38,811 bases of DNA, from NCBI GenBank assembly GCA_001655205.1, contig LPNZ01005727.1, forward strand, positions 1 through 38,811, in the 5' to 3' direction. The notes under the pieces were generated by a model that was not told the DNA's origin, did no database searches, and saw only the letters and a list, made by a program, of their open reading frames with translations. Below, piece by piece: positions 22,674-35,790 of this stretch. The DNA comes from Lenisia limosa (taxonomy: Eukaryota > Protista > Breviatea). Within the stretch, counting starts at the first letter, position 1, and the number at the start of each line of letters is the position of its first letter. Position numbers and translations under genes: made by a program.

Positions 22674-23740
22674 NNNNNNNNNNNNNNNNNNNNNNNNNNN
22701 NNNNNNNNNNNNNNNNNNNNNNNNNNNNNNNNNNNNNNNNNNNNNNNNNNNNNNNNNNNNNNNNNNNNNNNNNNNNNCTAGCGGTAGTAACTCCCGGGGA
22801 CAAGACAGCCATTCTGTCGCTTACTGCGGACAATATGCCACTGGCCACTGTTCCGACTCCGGAGGGCCTTCTCCCGAACTTGGTCTGAGGGTCTTTACAA
22901 ATGACAGCGTGATTGGCCCTTTTGTACATACAGCATTATTTGAACAACATCACCACGTCTATAATCCAGCAATTTTCAGGTTTCCTGACTTTTTAGACGC
23001 TCCTACCACCGCCGTCACCCCAACTCCCGCCTGCCTTCAACCCACCCAGTGTCCCAATGTCTCCTCCAAACAGGCTCCTAAAGCCCTACTCCCCAGGCCC
23101 CCTGAAACACCCTGTTCACGCCAACCTTCCAAAAGCGGCAATCAAGGCCCCGGCCCGCCCTCCTCGGATGCTTTTCCAGGCAAGTGGTGCAGCGCCGGAT
23201 CCGAAAAATCTTGCCGACTCTCACCCCGCATTGCCAAAGCCTTTGTTCCCCTCCGCCACTGCACCGCCTATTATTCCGCCTTTCTCCCCGGGTTCCGACA
23301 ACAGCAATAATGTCCGCTTCGAAAGGGGTAAATTGGCCGCCAGCCCTCCGAGCCTTATGCAAGACATTTCTCTCGGTTTGCTCTTTTGCGGATCTTATTC
23401 TAACTTCAAAGTCGGCCCCATGATATAATTGTTGTTGTTTTTTTATCTTGTGTTGTATGCGTATCTATGATCACACCTCCCCTTGTTGAAGCCCACTAAC
23501 ATTTAAGAATCACCAACTGAGTCTTCGAGACGGCGGCGCACCGAGGCAGCTAATGGACCCGGCCTAGACTCGTGCCCCTTATCCCCTCGGGTGCCCAGGC
23601 CAACGTACCCGGATATCCACATTTCTGCTATTGGGCATAGAACCGTCTTCATCTCTCCCTTGGTGGGTGAACAGTTTGATAGTGTGTGATATGGGCGTTG
23701 GTGTTTCTTCATTTTGTCTGCCTCTTCCAGATTCTCATTT

Positions 23741-23865
23741 GTGTTCTTTTTCTTTCAAATAACCTTCACTTCCCTCCCACAGTTGTTGTCAGCCATCAAA
23801 GTTGATTTTGATGTTTTTTGTTTCATACATTTTCTAATCCCCCCCCCCCCTATCTTTTTCCCAAG
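23741..23865 (+). repeat. Intron-like dispersed repeat, copy 2 (GT...AG, 125 nt)
   Basis: attt|gtgttc...gttgtcagccatcaaagttgattttgatgttttttgtttcatacattttctaatcccccc...cccaag|. Confidence 0.75.
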
Positions 23866-24043
23866 TTGTCTTACACGACCATGTTGTCATTCTTCAGGAT
23901 TCTAAGGAGAGCCTGCACGGTGTGGCTGTACCGTTGCCNNNNNNNNNNNNNNNNNNNNNNNNNNNNNNNNNNNNNNNNNNNNNNNNNNNNNNNNNNNNNN
24001 NNNNNNNNNNNNNNNNNNNNNNNNNNNNNNNNNNNNNNNNNNN

Positions 24044-24561
24044 CCGAGGGTCCAACATCCGACCTTATTGCCGCTCTCTCCTCCGTCCTTCCCGTCTCGG
24101 CTTCCTCCATATTCCTTTCCGCTTCTCTGTCCACGGAGCCCGAAAACTGGTCAAGCTTTAGCGACCCATTCGACGAACTTCTGCCCACTGCCACATCATC
24201 GTTTAAGGCCACCATCCGTCAAGTCCTCCGCAAGCTCAACAACCCTGTCCCCCTCGTTGTACCCCCTAGTAACCTGGCACCCGTTGATGTGCCCGCGATT
24301 CTCCTCCTGCTTTTTTCCGGCCTTGTCCCCACAATGCGCCCTACGGCTGCCGACCCCGTCCCGTTCACACGGCCGACAACGGAGGAACAGGCCTGGGCCT
24401 GGGCTCAAGACAGGTTGGCGTTTCAGGTGTATCAATTCGTTGGAAAAGGGCTATTTGACATTTTTCAGCGTAACGTCATATCAGACCACTGCAACCCAAT
24501 ACCAGTGTATCACGCGATAATAGGGCTTTTGTTCATGCCATTTATTGATTTTCATGGATGA
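24044..24561 (+). CDS. Hypothetical ORF fragment (172 codons after the gap), probably repeat-borne
   Basis: Open frame EGPTSDLIAALSSVLP...AQDRLAFQVYQFVGKGLFDIFQ...FIDFHG*. No recognisable domain. Confidence 0.3.
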
Positions 24562-25447
24562 CCTCTTTCAGATACGGTTTACATAAGGAAGACGACAAGC
24601 CAATGCACAATGATGCATGGGAGGTGAGTGTGTGATCCAGTGTAGAAGGCAAATGACTAAGGGAAAGGACGACTTTAAAGCCATGAGGAAAGAAGAGAGT
24701 CACTCATACCCACTTGACCGATTTAGTTTTTGGTTGTGGCGGCTAACGACTGTGTTGACTTGGCCAGAACACAGGTGAGCTTCTTTGTATACCTGTTCTG
24801 TTAGCACCATAATCTCATGCGGTATTGTTCACATAATCCAAGATGTTAATGGTTAATCTCTTCCATTCCAAGCAAATATAATTGAAGGTTAATCTCTTGT
24901 CCTGTTGATACTACCCCTCTCATTCAGCAAAATATTTGTATGTGTACATGTAAGATATAACAGCTCGTATTGATTATATATAGCATATCATATGATATGA
25001 TACATGTATCGATTTGATATGATTACCAATATATTTTATGTAGAGGTGAGAAATAAAAATAGGTAGTATCTGGTCGAAGTCATCCCATCTCATCACGCTT
25101 ATAGAGGTATTATAGATATGATATGATAGATATTATGATATACTGTGTTAGATTTTGATTGATACGATACAAGGTGTCAGCTATTTATTTATTCAACATC
25201 GCAATAGCCCGCAAGGCCGTCATGGTTCAGATGACGGCATTTCCTGAATGGTGGACCACATGGTACAGTATGGAAGGCTCGGTTGCGGTTCTCACGAGTC
25301 TCGCAGCTTTAGTCAACGGTTAGCTAAGTTAACTGTTGTTCATGGATTTTTTCAGGGGTTTTCAAAAGGGGAAATTCTAATTTTTCACATTTTATCAAAA
25401 ACGCTAGCACCAGAAAAAGGAATTCGAAACTAATTTAACTTGACAGA

Positions 25448-25915
25448 CATGCTTCTTCAGTCCTTCCCGCCGCCGCACTTTGAGGCGTTTGTTGTGGTTA
25501 TTGCTCTGATGTCAGCCCGGCTCGGGTTCCAGTCCTGGGCAAAATGGGCCGTGTGCCTACTCAGTGGCGAACCATGGGAATGTGAGCGGAAATGATCTTC
25601 ATGATCGTTTTTGCAACACTGCATATATATATGGGTTAAATTTAGGTACCCCTAATTTTGGCAGACTCAGAGAACCCGGGGTACGGAGAGCCACCTGTCC
25701 CTGATGTCCATGCGGTTCTCAAGAAAATCCTGTCCAAAGTACTGTGCTCCAAAGACGCCACACTGGTGAGGAATGCTTTCCCACTTATTTACCTGCAGAA
25801 TGATGATGACGTTCCACGAAGCGGTGATGGAGGGCCGCTCATAGTCTCGCCCCTCACAGCAACAGCTATAAAATGCTACGCTGCTCTGTCAAATACCTTT
25901 GTTGGGGGGGGGGTA
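25448..25915 (+). CDS. Hypothetical spliced gene fragment
   Basis: MLLQSFPPPHFEAFVVVIALMSARLG...|gtgagc and ag|VPLILADSENPGYGEPPVPDVHAVLKKILSKVLC...|gtaatc. No domain recognised. Confidence 0.3.
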
Positions 25916-26499
25916 ATCTTTAAGTATTGCTTAGAGCAAGATAAAAGGATAAAAATAATACCAAGAGATTGAGAGTAAGATAAAAATAATATCTGCGTAA
26001 CCTCTCTCCTCTCCCTCTTCCCCAAGCGCTGTCATTAAAAAGTGGTTATTTAGATTCTCATTCCCCCCCAGGGTGCGCCACCAGCCCTCCGAACCATAGA
26101 CCTTCGATCTCCATGGTACTCAAACACCAACGGCCGAAAAATCGACGAGTATCTTGCTCTGACTCTCCAAACTCAGGTTTAGACCCCCTTCTGACATTTC
26201 TTTGTCCCGTGACACTAATTAATACTTATTATTATTCTCATTTTGTTGACACATTTCCTTGTATCAATGTGTATATTGTCGATTCTTTTTTGTTAAATAA
26301 TGATGATCTATTTGTTTATTTATTAAACAATCCCGCAATTTTCTTTCCCTAGCTTTTCATTAATTGATTTAGGATGAGTGGAGTAATGACACATTTGATG
26401 TAAGAAGGGAGTAACCATTTCCCCCATCTTTCTGGTAGTCCTTACAATCAATACAACTCATTTCGATCCCTTCTTAGACTACACACAGAACACGATTCT

Positions 26500-26551
26500 A
26501 CCCCCTTTTTTGTTTCATAAATTTTCCAATTTTACTCCCCCCCCCCCCCCC
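26500..26551 (+). repeat. Intron-like dispersed repeat, copy 3 (3' part only, runs into gap)
   Basis: ttttgtttcataaattttccaattttactcccccccccc matches the 3' half of the other copies. Confidence 0.65.
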
Positions 26552-27204
26552 NNNNNNNNNNNNNNNNNNNNNNNNNNNNNNNNNNNNNNNNNNNNNNNNN
26601 NNNNNNNNNNNNNNNNNNNNNNNNNNNNNNCGGCAGTCGCAGGCTACAAACATCCTGCGGTCCTCCGATGCTGAGACCGACATCGGCACCGCTGTGGTCG
26701 AGGTGTCCGGGTCGCCTTTTTCTGCTTTTTTAAAGAGAAATAATAAACACTAGAAATCTAGGGTGAACAAATAAATACACAGGGATCCCATAAGCAAATT
26801 ACCATACTTCCACCCCCACACTCCTCGGCCCCTCCGCCTGTTCTGCTGAGCTGTAATATTTGGGGACAATCACTATTTGAGGAACTTTTTTTTCTGAAAT
26901 TATAGTCATATTCCTTGATCTTTGACTTCTTCTCACTCCACAGGCCCTGACACAAATGAGCTGGGGCGTGGCGGCGCCGCTTCGATACATCTTCCAAAGC
27001 AGCCAGCTGGTTCTGCCCTCAGCCGCGGCGTCGGGACTGTGCAAGGCCCTGGGGAGGTCGGATTTGGCCATTTTAAGGAACTCATCTGTTTCGGAAGCTG
27101 ACAAGGTGGGGCTGCTTATGATGGGGTAAGGGTGAAACTCTTTGTACGCTGTGTTTTTGTTTTTCACTCTTCATATGTGTGGGTGTTTTGGTCAATATTG
27201 ACTT

Positions 27205-27290
27205 GTTGTTTTCAACCCTCGTGTGTTGTCAGCCAACTGAGTTGATCTTGGGCTTTTTTGATCTCCAAATTTTTCAATTGTATCCCCCCC
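27205..27290 (+). repeat. Intron-like dispersed repeat, copy 4
   Basis: ttttcaaccctcgtgtgttgtcagccaactgagttgatcttgggcttttttgatctccaaatttttcaattgtatccccccc. Confidence 0.75.
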
Positions 27291-27445
27291 ATGCCCATCA
27301 AGTTGATATTTGTTCTGTTTTGTATTCCAATATCTCCACCATCTCTTGTTATGTTCAGGTTTGGATCCTCGCTCTAATTTCTCAATTTTTCCAATGGAAC
27401 TTACCCCAACCCCTCAGATCCAGGCCTGTTCGTCCTTTGTTCGAT

Positions 27446-27517
27446 GGGTGAGAGCCGCAGCCAATGACTGGGAGGTATTGGGGGTGAGAGCCGCAGCCAA
27501 TGACTGGGAGGTATTGG
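27446..27517. repeat. 2 x 36-bp perfect tandem duplication
   Basis: gggtgagagccgcagccaatgactgggaggtattgg at 27446 and 27482. Confidence 0.95.
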
Positions 27518-30500
27518 GGGTGTGTGTAATTAAATAGTTCCATGGAGGGAGGAGATAACGTTACGGACATAAAAGGCGGAATGCGATTTGTTGCTGGGGT
27601 AAAATGTGTTCCTGTTTCCTCATTATCATCTTAATAATCCCATGTAGTTACCAATATATTATTTCTGCAATTTTAACTCATTTTTCTTTAAAAGAGATTT
27701 TATATTCTCTTTTCCTCTGGATAGGAGCAAACGGCCCCCTTTATTGTATCCCCTCCCCCTTGTCACAGCCCAGGTCTTAGAACACACCCGTGACCTCAGC
27801 ACCATCCCAAGCAAGCTCGTCCCTGAGGTTGGTCAATGGTCTCCCTAGGCAAAATATCGACACAAACGGGGATTTCTCCCTTTAAAAACGAAATTGAGCC
27901 TCTCTGTATTGAGGTGAGCACTTGGTCACCCCCCCCCCAGGTTGTCCAGCTGAAAGACAGGCTGCAATGGGCCGAGAACGGGGAGACGCGTGTTGGCAGG
28001 ATGGACCGACGACTTGCCTCTCTCGAGGGCCTCATCAACACCTCCAAACCCACGCTGTCTACAATGCCGGTTGGCTAGGACGCTTGTTAATGATAACGAA
28101 CACTCTGATCCTGGACAGGAGGTAATAAAAACAATACTTAACACAGAATGTTGATCTGGACGATCACTTTATAATTAATTTCTCATGTCCACGTAATTTT
28201 TCAACTGGTGTCAACTTGGCAAGGAAAGGACTTTATTAAAAGGCAAGACATTCACACCATTCGATGGGATTATATACATGCAATATCAGAAAGTTGTAGG
28301 AACCCAAATCAAATACTACCACCAACTTCTCAAAGAGACACAAGACCTTTGATTTGCTACACATGTTGATCCTCCAGAATAAACAGACAATTCCTGCCGA
28401 AACGGAGCTTCTGAACCTTCTGTAAGAGGGCTGTCAAAGCCGAACATTAATTTTAGGGGGGGATGCATCAAACCATTCTGAATATTGGACCATCTTTCAC
28501 ATCTTCCTAGATGCACAGCTTTTCTCATTTCCAACTATTTCTCCCAGCACCCCCAGAATTCATACTTCTCCATTTTTCCCGCCACTTGGAGGCACCCGGG
28601 GCTTTCTGGGGGGCATCTCACAAATTTAGCGGGGTGGTGGCGTCTAAGCCATTTACGCGTGGTGCTACTCGAATGTGCCTTGTCAAAGCCGGACCAAGAA
28701 ATGTGATCCAAATCCCAAGACTGAATCTCACTGTAAAGGTGGGACAGTGGGAAATAATGGTTCAAGCATTATATACATCTAGCTATATTATATTATAGTG
28801 TATGCATATAATATATGAAATGTATGTATTATTTGGTGAAACACCCAATTCTTATTGTTTTCATATTTGCTTCTTTTTATGCACTGTCACATTGACAGAG
28901 GATATTGATCATGAGTGTGGGTTCATATGAAGGCTATTGTAAATGACAGTTCAGCACCCTGAAACGCACGTTGTATCCGAGCCAGACCTGGAGAGTTACT
29001 CTGAGGCTATCACAGCGTGGGCTGAGTTTAACACTGGAACTGCAGCTGGACTTGAGGTTTGAGGCGTCTTATGGGTGGGCTGCTTTCGGCTTGAGAATAT
29101 CCTTTAAACTTTCTCTACTCCTCATCTATACATGAGCCTACACTTTGAGAATTTCAAAAAAATCATTTCTATCATATTCATGATGCTTCCGATTCCAACA
29201 CAAAAACATGGTAAATATCAGGATTCGATCATGAAGATCGACATTGAGTAATCCTTCAGCTATGTCCATCTTCAGCAGACCTACCCGATATCTTTTTGAG
29301 CATCATTTCTACGCATTGTAAGCTCTTTGAAAAAAAACCCTTTTACAATATATATTACCTGAAGAAGATATTATGTATTAGTGCTTGACCCATCTTCAGT
29401 TTTTTGAATAGTTTGCTCTTCAAGTTTCGTATTATATCATTTCGAGAACATAATATATAGATATTTCTTATTTCGCAGCCTCGTCGCCAACCCACCTTCC
29501 CATGAACCACGACGGAGGCCTCATTTACGGCCTTGGCCTCACGGGTTGCCTGTCTTCCTCTCAACTCATCACATACATCTCAAAGTCTTTGACCACGGTA
29601 TGAAACGTCTTTCCCCTACGACTCAGATAATCATTTGCACTTCTGAATAGCAATTATTATTTTTTTTTACTTTTCCCTCTCTTTCAGCTCTAGAACTCTT
29701 TCTATTTGATATTTTGCTGTAAAAAATCCGTCTCTTAACTGAGACCCTTCCTTTTTTCACAGTAAAGTCTCTATTGAAACTAGGATTATCAACACAATTT
29801 TTTTTTTTTTTGCAGTAAAGTCTCTATTGAAACAAGAATCGTAGAGATCCAGCGGTTGACTACACAAAGAAACATCCACAGAAAACGACAGAAACAGGAC
29901 TTCATGAACAACTTAGATAAATCGGTTAGCTAACTACTTGAGGAAACTACTTGAATCACCATGTGTTGAGAAGAATGCCTACTCCCTTGGGGGGGGGGGC
30001 GCTAATAAGTACCATTGGGTAAAAGGAAACACATAAATGTGAATCAGTAAACTTTTTTTTTTTGCAAGTGTAGAAAAACGTTTATTTATAAAAGAAAAGA
30101 GAAACGAAACTATACAAAAAAAATACAATGATGATTAGAGAGAGGACTAGATGCGGAAGATGGAGTCACCAGGGGAGAATGGGNNNNNNNNNNNNNNNNN
30201 NNNNNNNNNNNNNNNNNNNNNNNNNNNNNNNNNNNNNNNNNNNNNNNNNNNNNNNNNNNNNNNNNNNNNNNNNNNNNNNNNNNNNNNNNNNNNNNNNNNN
30301 NNNNCTAGTGCAAAAGACGAGATCGTACAATGTGGTGAGTGCATATGCAAGAGTAGCCAACTCCTGTTGCAAAACAATTTTGAAAGGACAACAAATGTAT
30401 TTATCATTCAGAAAACAAAAGATAAAAAAAGATACATAGGAGAGCGGTGGCGGATTGGACGGGTTCTAGAGTGGTGCGGCGGGGGACTTCTGGGCAGTGG

Positions 30501-31082
30501 GTAAGCAGACTAGAGCGGCGGCGGGATGGTGACTTCTTTTGTGATGACGGGCGCGTTGGGTGATCTGGGCACTTGGAGTGCAAACCGTTTTACGGGTTTC
30601 ACCTATCACATAATAATGTAACAGGGATGGTATTCAATTGCTGTAAATCGAATAGGTGGAGGCTATAGGGTGGTTATGGTTGAGGCTTGAAGACGAAGGT
30701 GAGGTTAGTGAGGTGGTGGGAGGTACGCCAGGTACGCCCGAAACGACGGACATGTGGGGCCAAGGAAGGTCGGGTTTGTGGTGAGGTTACCCGATATGAT
30801 CCCCCTGGCGATGTCGAAGTTGAAGTCTGTGGGTGTCCGGGGTCGGAGGCGGCATTATCGGGAGATGGTATCCGGGTGGATAGCAACATTCATTGTGAAA
30901 GAGTAAAAAAAATATCAGTTAAAAAAAAAAATCTATATATTTCGGAAATAACTTGCATCGGAAATGAAATAGGTGGTTTAGCTTTCGGCTACGGTCATAC
31001 TCTGGGGGTCATCGCGCATCCCGTCCGCTCTGCGAACGCAAGCCCCAGCAGGCCTTGGTAGTACTGACGTCGGAGACGAGTC

Positions 31083-31152
31083 GGGAAGGCAGGGTACTGT
31101 AGTTTTTTCTTTTTCTTTTCTTTTTCTTTTCTTTTTCTTTTCTTTTTCTTTT
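31083..31152. repeat. CT-rich low-complexity tract ((CTTTT/CTTTTT)n)
   Basis: Directly visible. A second similar tract lies at ~31290-31380. Confidence 0.9.
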
Positions 31153-33063
31153 CTTTTTCTTTTCTTTTCTTTTGGTCACGGGAATAAACAATAATAAAAT
31201 AAGAGCAAAATTGGTGTAGATTCCCTGGGTATATTCGAAGTATTTAAGGGTCTCCTTACGCAGTCGAGATAACATTATTGCGCTAAGGTGTTTTTGTCCC
31301 TTTTTTCTTTTGTCCTTTTGTCCTTTTTTCTTTTGTCTTTTGTTCTTTTTTTCTTTCTCTTTCTTTTCTCTTACTTTTTCCTGACTAACAACGTAGGGCC
31401 ATACTACCACGATTTGCGGCATCCTCCTTGGCTTCGCAGCGTCCTTCATCGGATCCGCAGTGGGCTCAGGGAATTGTGGATGGTCATTATGTACTGATGA
31501 TATGGGTCAAACAGCAGTGCGCCGATTTTGAAATTACGCGTCTACGCGCGGCAAAATTTGGGAATCCAGTATTTTCAGCTTAAATCATGTTCAAATTAAA
31601 ATGTTATTTTCTTATTTTCAAGAGGAATTCAACTTTGTAATTCAGTTTTTACCTTCAATTTTGTGGCGCTCTGCTATTTGACCCATGTTGATTTAGGAAG
31701 GAGAGGAAGTCGGGGAGATTCTGATGGGAAAAGTGATTGAGATTATTAGCCAATTCCTCGTATAAATGGGATGGTGTTGATAGTTTCGCCCAGATTCACC
31801 TTTATTATTTTCCATTCCAACAGGTCATAGTAAACCACTGTGCGTTGACCAAAATGCCACCCCCGGCGTGGGCTTCCTGTCATCCGTTTTTCTTTTTGTC
31901 TCCTTTTTCTTCTTCCTCCTTTTTCTCTGAACAGACCATGTCCGAATTTGACACTTCAGAACCGATCCTGTAGCCGGCTTATCAGCATGCACCTCCCATG
32001 GCGGCACTCAGCATCGCCCTTTGCAGCCCTTGTCGACGCCCAGGCCGTGGTGGCGGCTGGCATGCTTTATGAGGTATGCAATATTAGCTAGTTTGTAAGG
32101 TATGCAATATTCCTGGCTGCAATGTCTGGTGTACCGTGTGAGTAAGATGGATGCAATGGTTATATCACTTTGGCTAAAGGTCGTGGAAATTTGCTTGATG
32201 GTTTAAACTGCTTTATCACAAGAAATACCATTTTATTGTCGTCATAAAGACGTTTTGTTCCACATTGCTTAATGCTGCAGATGACAGCAATGGCAGATCT
32301 GACTCTCCAATTAACGGAAGGTTAGTCGGAAGCAAGGCATCGCATTTGAAACAATATTTTATCACTGAGGACTACCTATGTGTCTGTCATTATCACTTAT
32401 TAGGGGTTCTTGGTGGACACGTGACTGATGCGCACGTGCGCATCGCTCTTTGTCATGCGTCGGGACTTGCCCTTGGATGGGTAGGCATTTGGTGTAGTAT
32501 TTAAACGAAACTCACACTGTCCACAGTATTTCCTGTTCACCCCCTAGGTTCATGCCTGTATGGGACTTCCCCTGGCCACGCTCAGCAAACTGACAGGTCT
32601 CCTCCATGGTGCCAGGTCCCCCGTATGACGGGCATGAATAAGGTTCATCTTACACTGTTTCTCTGCTCAAACAGATATTTCGTGTATTTCCTGTGTAAAA
32701 CACCAGTCTAGTTATTATATTGTACATACCATCTGTCTTGGTAAATGATCTTGTGGAGTGTTATTTTTCTGATGGATGAAGGAGAAGTTTTCAGCGAGTG
32801 TGTTCTCAAGCCCATCGTACCCCCTTTACTCAGTAAATTCTGCCATCATCGCACTAGGTTTGTGGTTGCCTTCTTCGGATATAATTCTTATGATATTAAA
32901 TGTTGCCTCGTCAGTTGTTTTTTTTTTTTTTTTGAGTCAGAAGTCAAAGTGTTTCCCAGTGCCCCTGGGTAGCACACGAGCAAAATCATCATCAAAACGA
33001 CCTTACCCAGTATCATATTTTGCAGTTGCCTATTCGTTGAACAAGGGGAAGATATACTATAAC

Positions 33064-33135
33064 TAGGGCTTCCCTTCGGTCCGAAAAAGACCGGTAAATT
33101 ATCGATATTTATCAAGGATTTATCGAGAAAATCAG
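33064..33135 (+). mobile_element. Truncated copy of the MITE-like element at 38143
   Basis: tagggcttcccttcggtccgaaaaagaccggtaaattatcgatatttatcaaggatttatcgagaaaatc aligns with the 38143 copy. Right TIR absent. Confidence 0.6.
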
Positions 33136-33808
33136 TCTTTTTTTGGGACGCAGGAGCTTCTAACTATAACACTCAAGCAGGAGAGTTACACATATTAAAA
33201 AAAAAACCCCAAGCCTCCATTTTCGTAACAATCCAGCTATATCCGGGGCCTACACTCGGCATCCAATGGCACTCAATATTCTGTCATTGCCGTCAACACA
33301 CCTGTCACTTCGCCCGGAGAAGGCATTCCTACTGGCCCTCGCGAGAGGCCTTGTTTTGAAGTGGGTTGAATGAAGGCTTGTTTCTCTATTTTATCATCAT
33401 TTCGTTGTATGTACGTTGCTTGCTTGCTCATTAGGACAATGTTTATCACTTCTTTCCCTGTCAGATACGAGCTTTAACCAGTCTACTAATACTCCTTTGT
33501 CTTCTCGTTTTGAAACTGTGTATGAAGCCTCCCCCCTCTCACTTCCAGGCCCCTATGTTCGACTATGGTGCGTGAGATCGCCCCCATGAAGAGTACGCGA
33601 GGGCAACACATTGTTCATTTCATTAGATTCTGGCTACATGAGCTACAGATGAACTCGAATACGAATCAGCCTACTTTTGTAATATCCTAGCATCTTTGGT
33701 ATCCAGATATTCCTATGTATTATGTTGTATCCTTAGAATTACTATTCTTGATCTCAAAACCGCGATTATGAACCCGCAGACACAGAAGTTGGCCTATTCG
33801 AGAGCAGC

Positions 33809-34477
33809 ATGGAGTACATTTCAACGCTTGTCCCGCGATGGGTGCTTGATGTAGGGCTCACTCTGGAAATATACGGGAAAGCAGTGGGTACTATTAATTA
33901 TACCGAGAAATTAGGTGAATTCATCACGCTTGTTTCTCTTTCACGCATTTTAGAAGATCAGCTCGTCGGTTTTGACAGAAGAGAACAGTGTAAGCTACTC
34001 CGCCCTTTCAGTCATTGTTCTATTATTCAATTGCAACTCATTCCCTTCAGTTATGCTCCCATCTTATTCACCCCTCAGCTTCTGTGTGACATTTCGTTCT
34101 CTATCATCACAGGGTCCCTCCTGGCAGCTTCCATTGCCCTTGCCGGGACATCGTGCCCGGTTCTCATAGAGGTTGGCACTGTGTTTCTTAAGGGAAGCAC
34201 TTTGGACCAATTTTCAATGATGTCTATGATCCCAAATTCACAAGCAATAAAAGTTAAATGTCACATTGAGCACTACTCACCATATGCACCATAGGCACTA
34301 CTCGACGTGGGAGAGCTGTTGCATGGACCGTTCCAAGGGGACACAGCCAAACCCCTCAAACGCGACACCCCACAAACATGCTGTCTTGAGGAGTGCAGGT
34401 GAGTGGACTCCTAAACAAACCATCTCCTGACGATGTAGACACCGAGTATCCCAAGGCTTCGACCCTCCTTGTGGTAA
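33809..34477 (+). CDS. Hypothetical multi-exon gene fragment
   Basis: 161-aa ORF containing internal splice signals and a hydrophobic segment (LLCDISFSIITGSLLAASIALAG). It is followed by ag|ALLDVGELLHGPFQGD...EECR|40-nt intron|HRVSQGFDPPC|gtaagc. Confidence 0.3.
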
Positions 34478-35604
34478 GCAAGTATAAGGCTAGGTGTATA
34501 GAGTATGAAGATCAAAATAGAAAGAAACCCATATAATATTAATTTATTTCGCCTCTATTCTGGGTTCTTAAATAAATGATATTGAGGACACTCGAACCCA
34601 GCATGAACAGTTTCATTGGCATCAAAAAGATAATCATAATTGAAGATATGACCCAAATGAACACATCAAAATGAACTAACACCCAACTTGCAGATGTGAA
34701 GCTCATTGGACTGCCAACTTCGATTCGCTGCATGGCTGCCGTCACGCGTGCTCTTGGTATGGGGGGTGAGGTGGTGTTGGACTTTTGGTGAGTTTTTGAT
34801 GTTTTTGGACATATATTGAAATTCTTGAGGCTTGCCTGAGACAAACCTGTTTTATTGTTCACATTTTATCATCTTGAATAATCCTAATGCGAAAAACCTG
34901 AGCTAACTTCATAGGAATTAGTGCTGCTGGCTCCGGGGACTTGACAATTATGAGGTTCCTCAGGCGCATCATGACGTCACCATGCTACAGTGAAATGTGG
35001 GCATATGATGGTAAATGATTGGGTAAACTACTATGATGGGGGGGTATCCTATGGAAGCACACAGAAAGCTGCCAGATACAACCTTGTTTTTTTATTTCTC
35101 ATTGCTATATAATAAAAAATCATATTATATTGGACTAAAAACTAGAGTTTTCTCATCGTACCCCCCACCCCTAGCTTTCCGCTGCAGATAGCCGCAAGCC
35201 AGGCAATGGGATGGCTGTTCCTATCATCAGGAAGGGCCTCGTTCCCATGCGTGTCCCCATGTCTCTGTCATGCTCACTCCGTCAAGGTCTGGCTATGAGC
35301 GGTTTCGGCTAAAGTGCTAATAATATCCTTTTATATTAATAAGAGAGCCATTCGTCTTAGCTTACACTTCTTGGCTCATCTAAAAAGGGGGTGGCAGCGT
35401 CTGTTGTTAAAAATTTTAATGTGATTTTTATGAATAACATTAAACAAGGTTAATTTTTGTAACTTTTTAAAAGAGCCACCCATTTCTTGAAACAAACTCG
35501 TTCTTATTTGCCCCTCTCTCCCCACGGCATAATTGACTTCTCAGATTCGCCCAGTTCCCAAAATGAACGCAAGTATGAACATCAGTATGGACGCCTCGCT
35601 TCTC

Positions 35605-35790
35605 GATACCAGCATGGCTCTACAGGTATCCTCTCATATAGTGATACCAGCATGGCTCTACAGATATCCTCTCATATAGTGATACCAGCAGCATGGCTCT
35701 ACAGGTATCCTCTCATATAGTAATAGCAGCATGGCTCTACAGGGATACTCTCATATAGTGATACCAGCGTGACTCTACAGGAATCCTACG
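35605..35790. repeat. ~5 x 38-bp tandem minisatellite
   Basis: gataccagcatggctctacaggtatcctctcatatagt at 35605, 35643, 35681 (+3 nt), 35722 and a partial copy at 35760. Head-to-tail with no spacers. Confidence 0.95.

Noticed and set aside
24961-25170. Apparent inverted-repeat or MITE structure
   Set aside because: On inspection it is degenerate (GATAT)n low-complexity sequence without convincing terminal complementarity.
28880-29640. Protein-like stretches on both strands
   Set aside because: Multiple in-frame stops and no recognisable family, so not enough support to call even a pseudogene.
29760-29833. 21-bp direct repeat (cagtaaagtctctattgaaac) flanking a poly-T spacer as a retro-insertion TSD
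   Set aside because: The poly-T is at the wrong end for a TPRT insertion and a T-run precedes both copies. A simple local tandem duplication explains it better.
31009-31449. 146-aa Lys-rich minus ORF
   Set aside because: Produced by CT-rich low-complexity tracts.
35605-35790. 38-bp repeats as a CRISPR array
   Set aside because: Units are head-to-tail with no unique spacers, the context is eukaryotic and there are no cas-like ORFs. It is a minisatellite. The same applies to 7591-7710.
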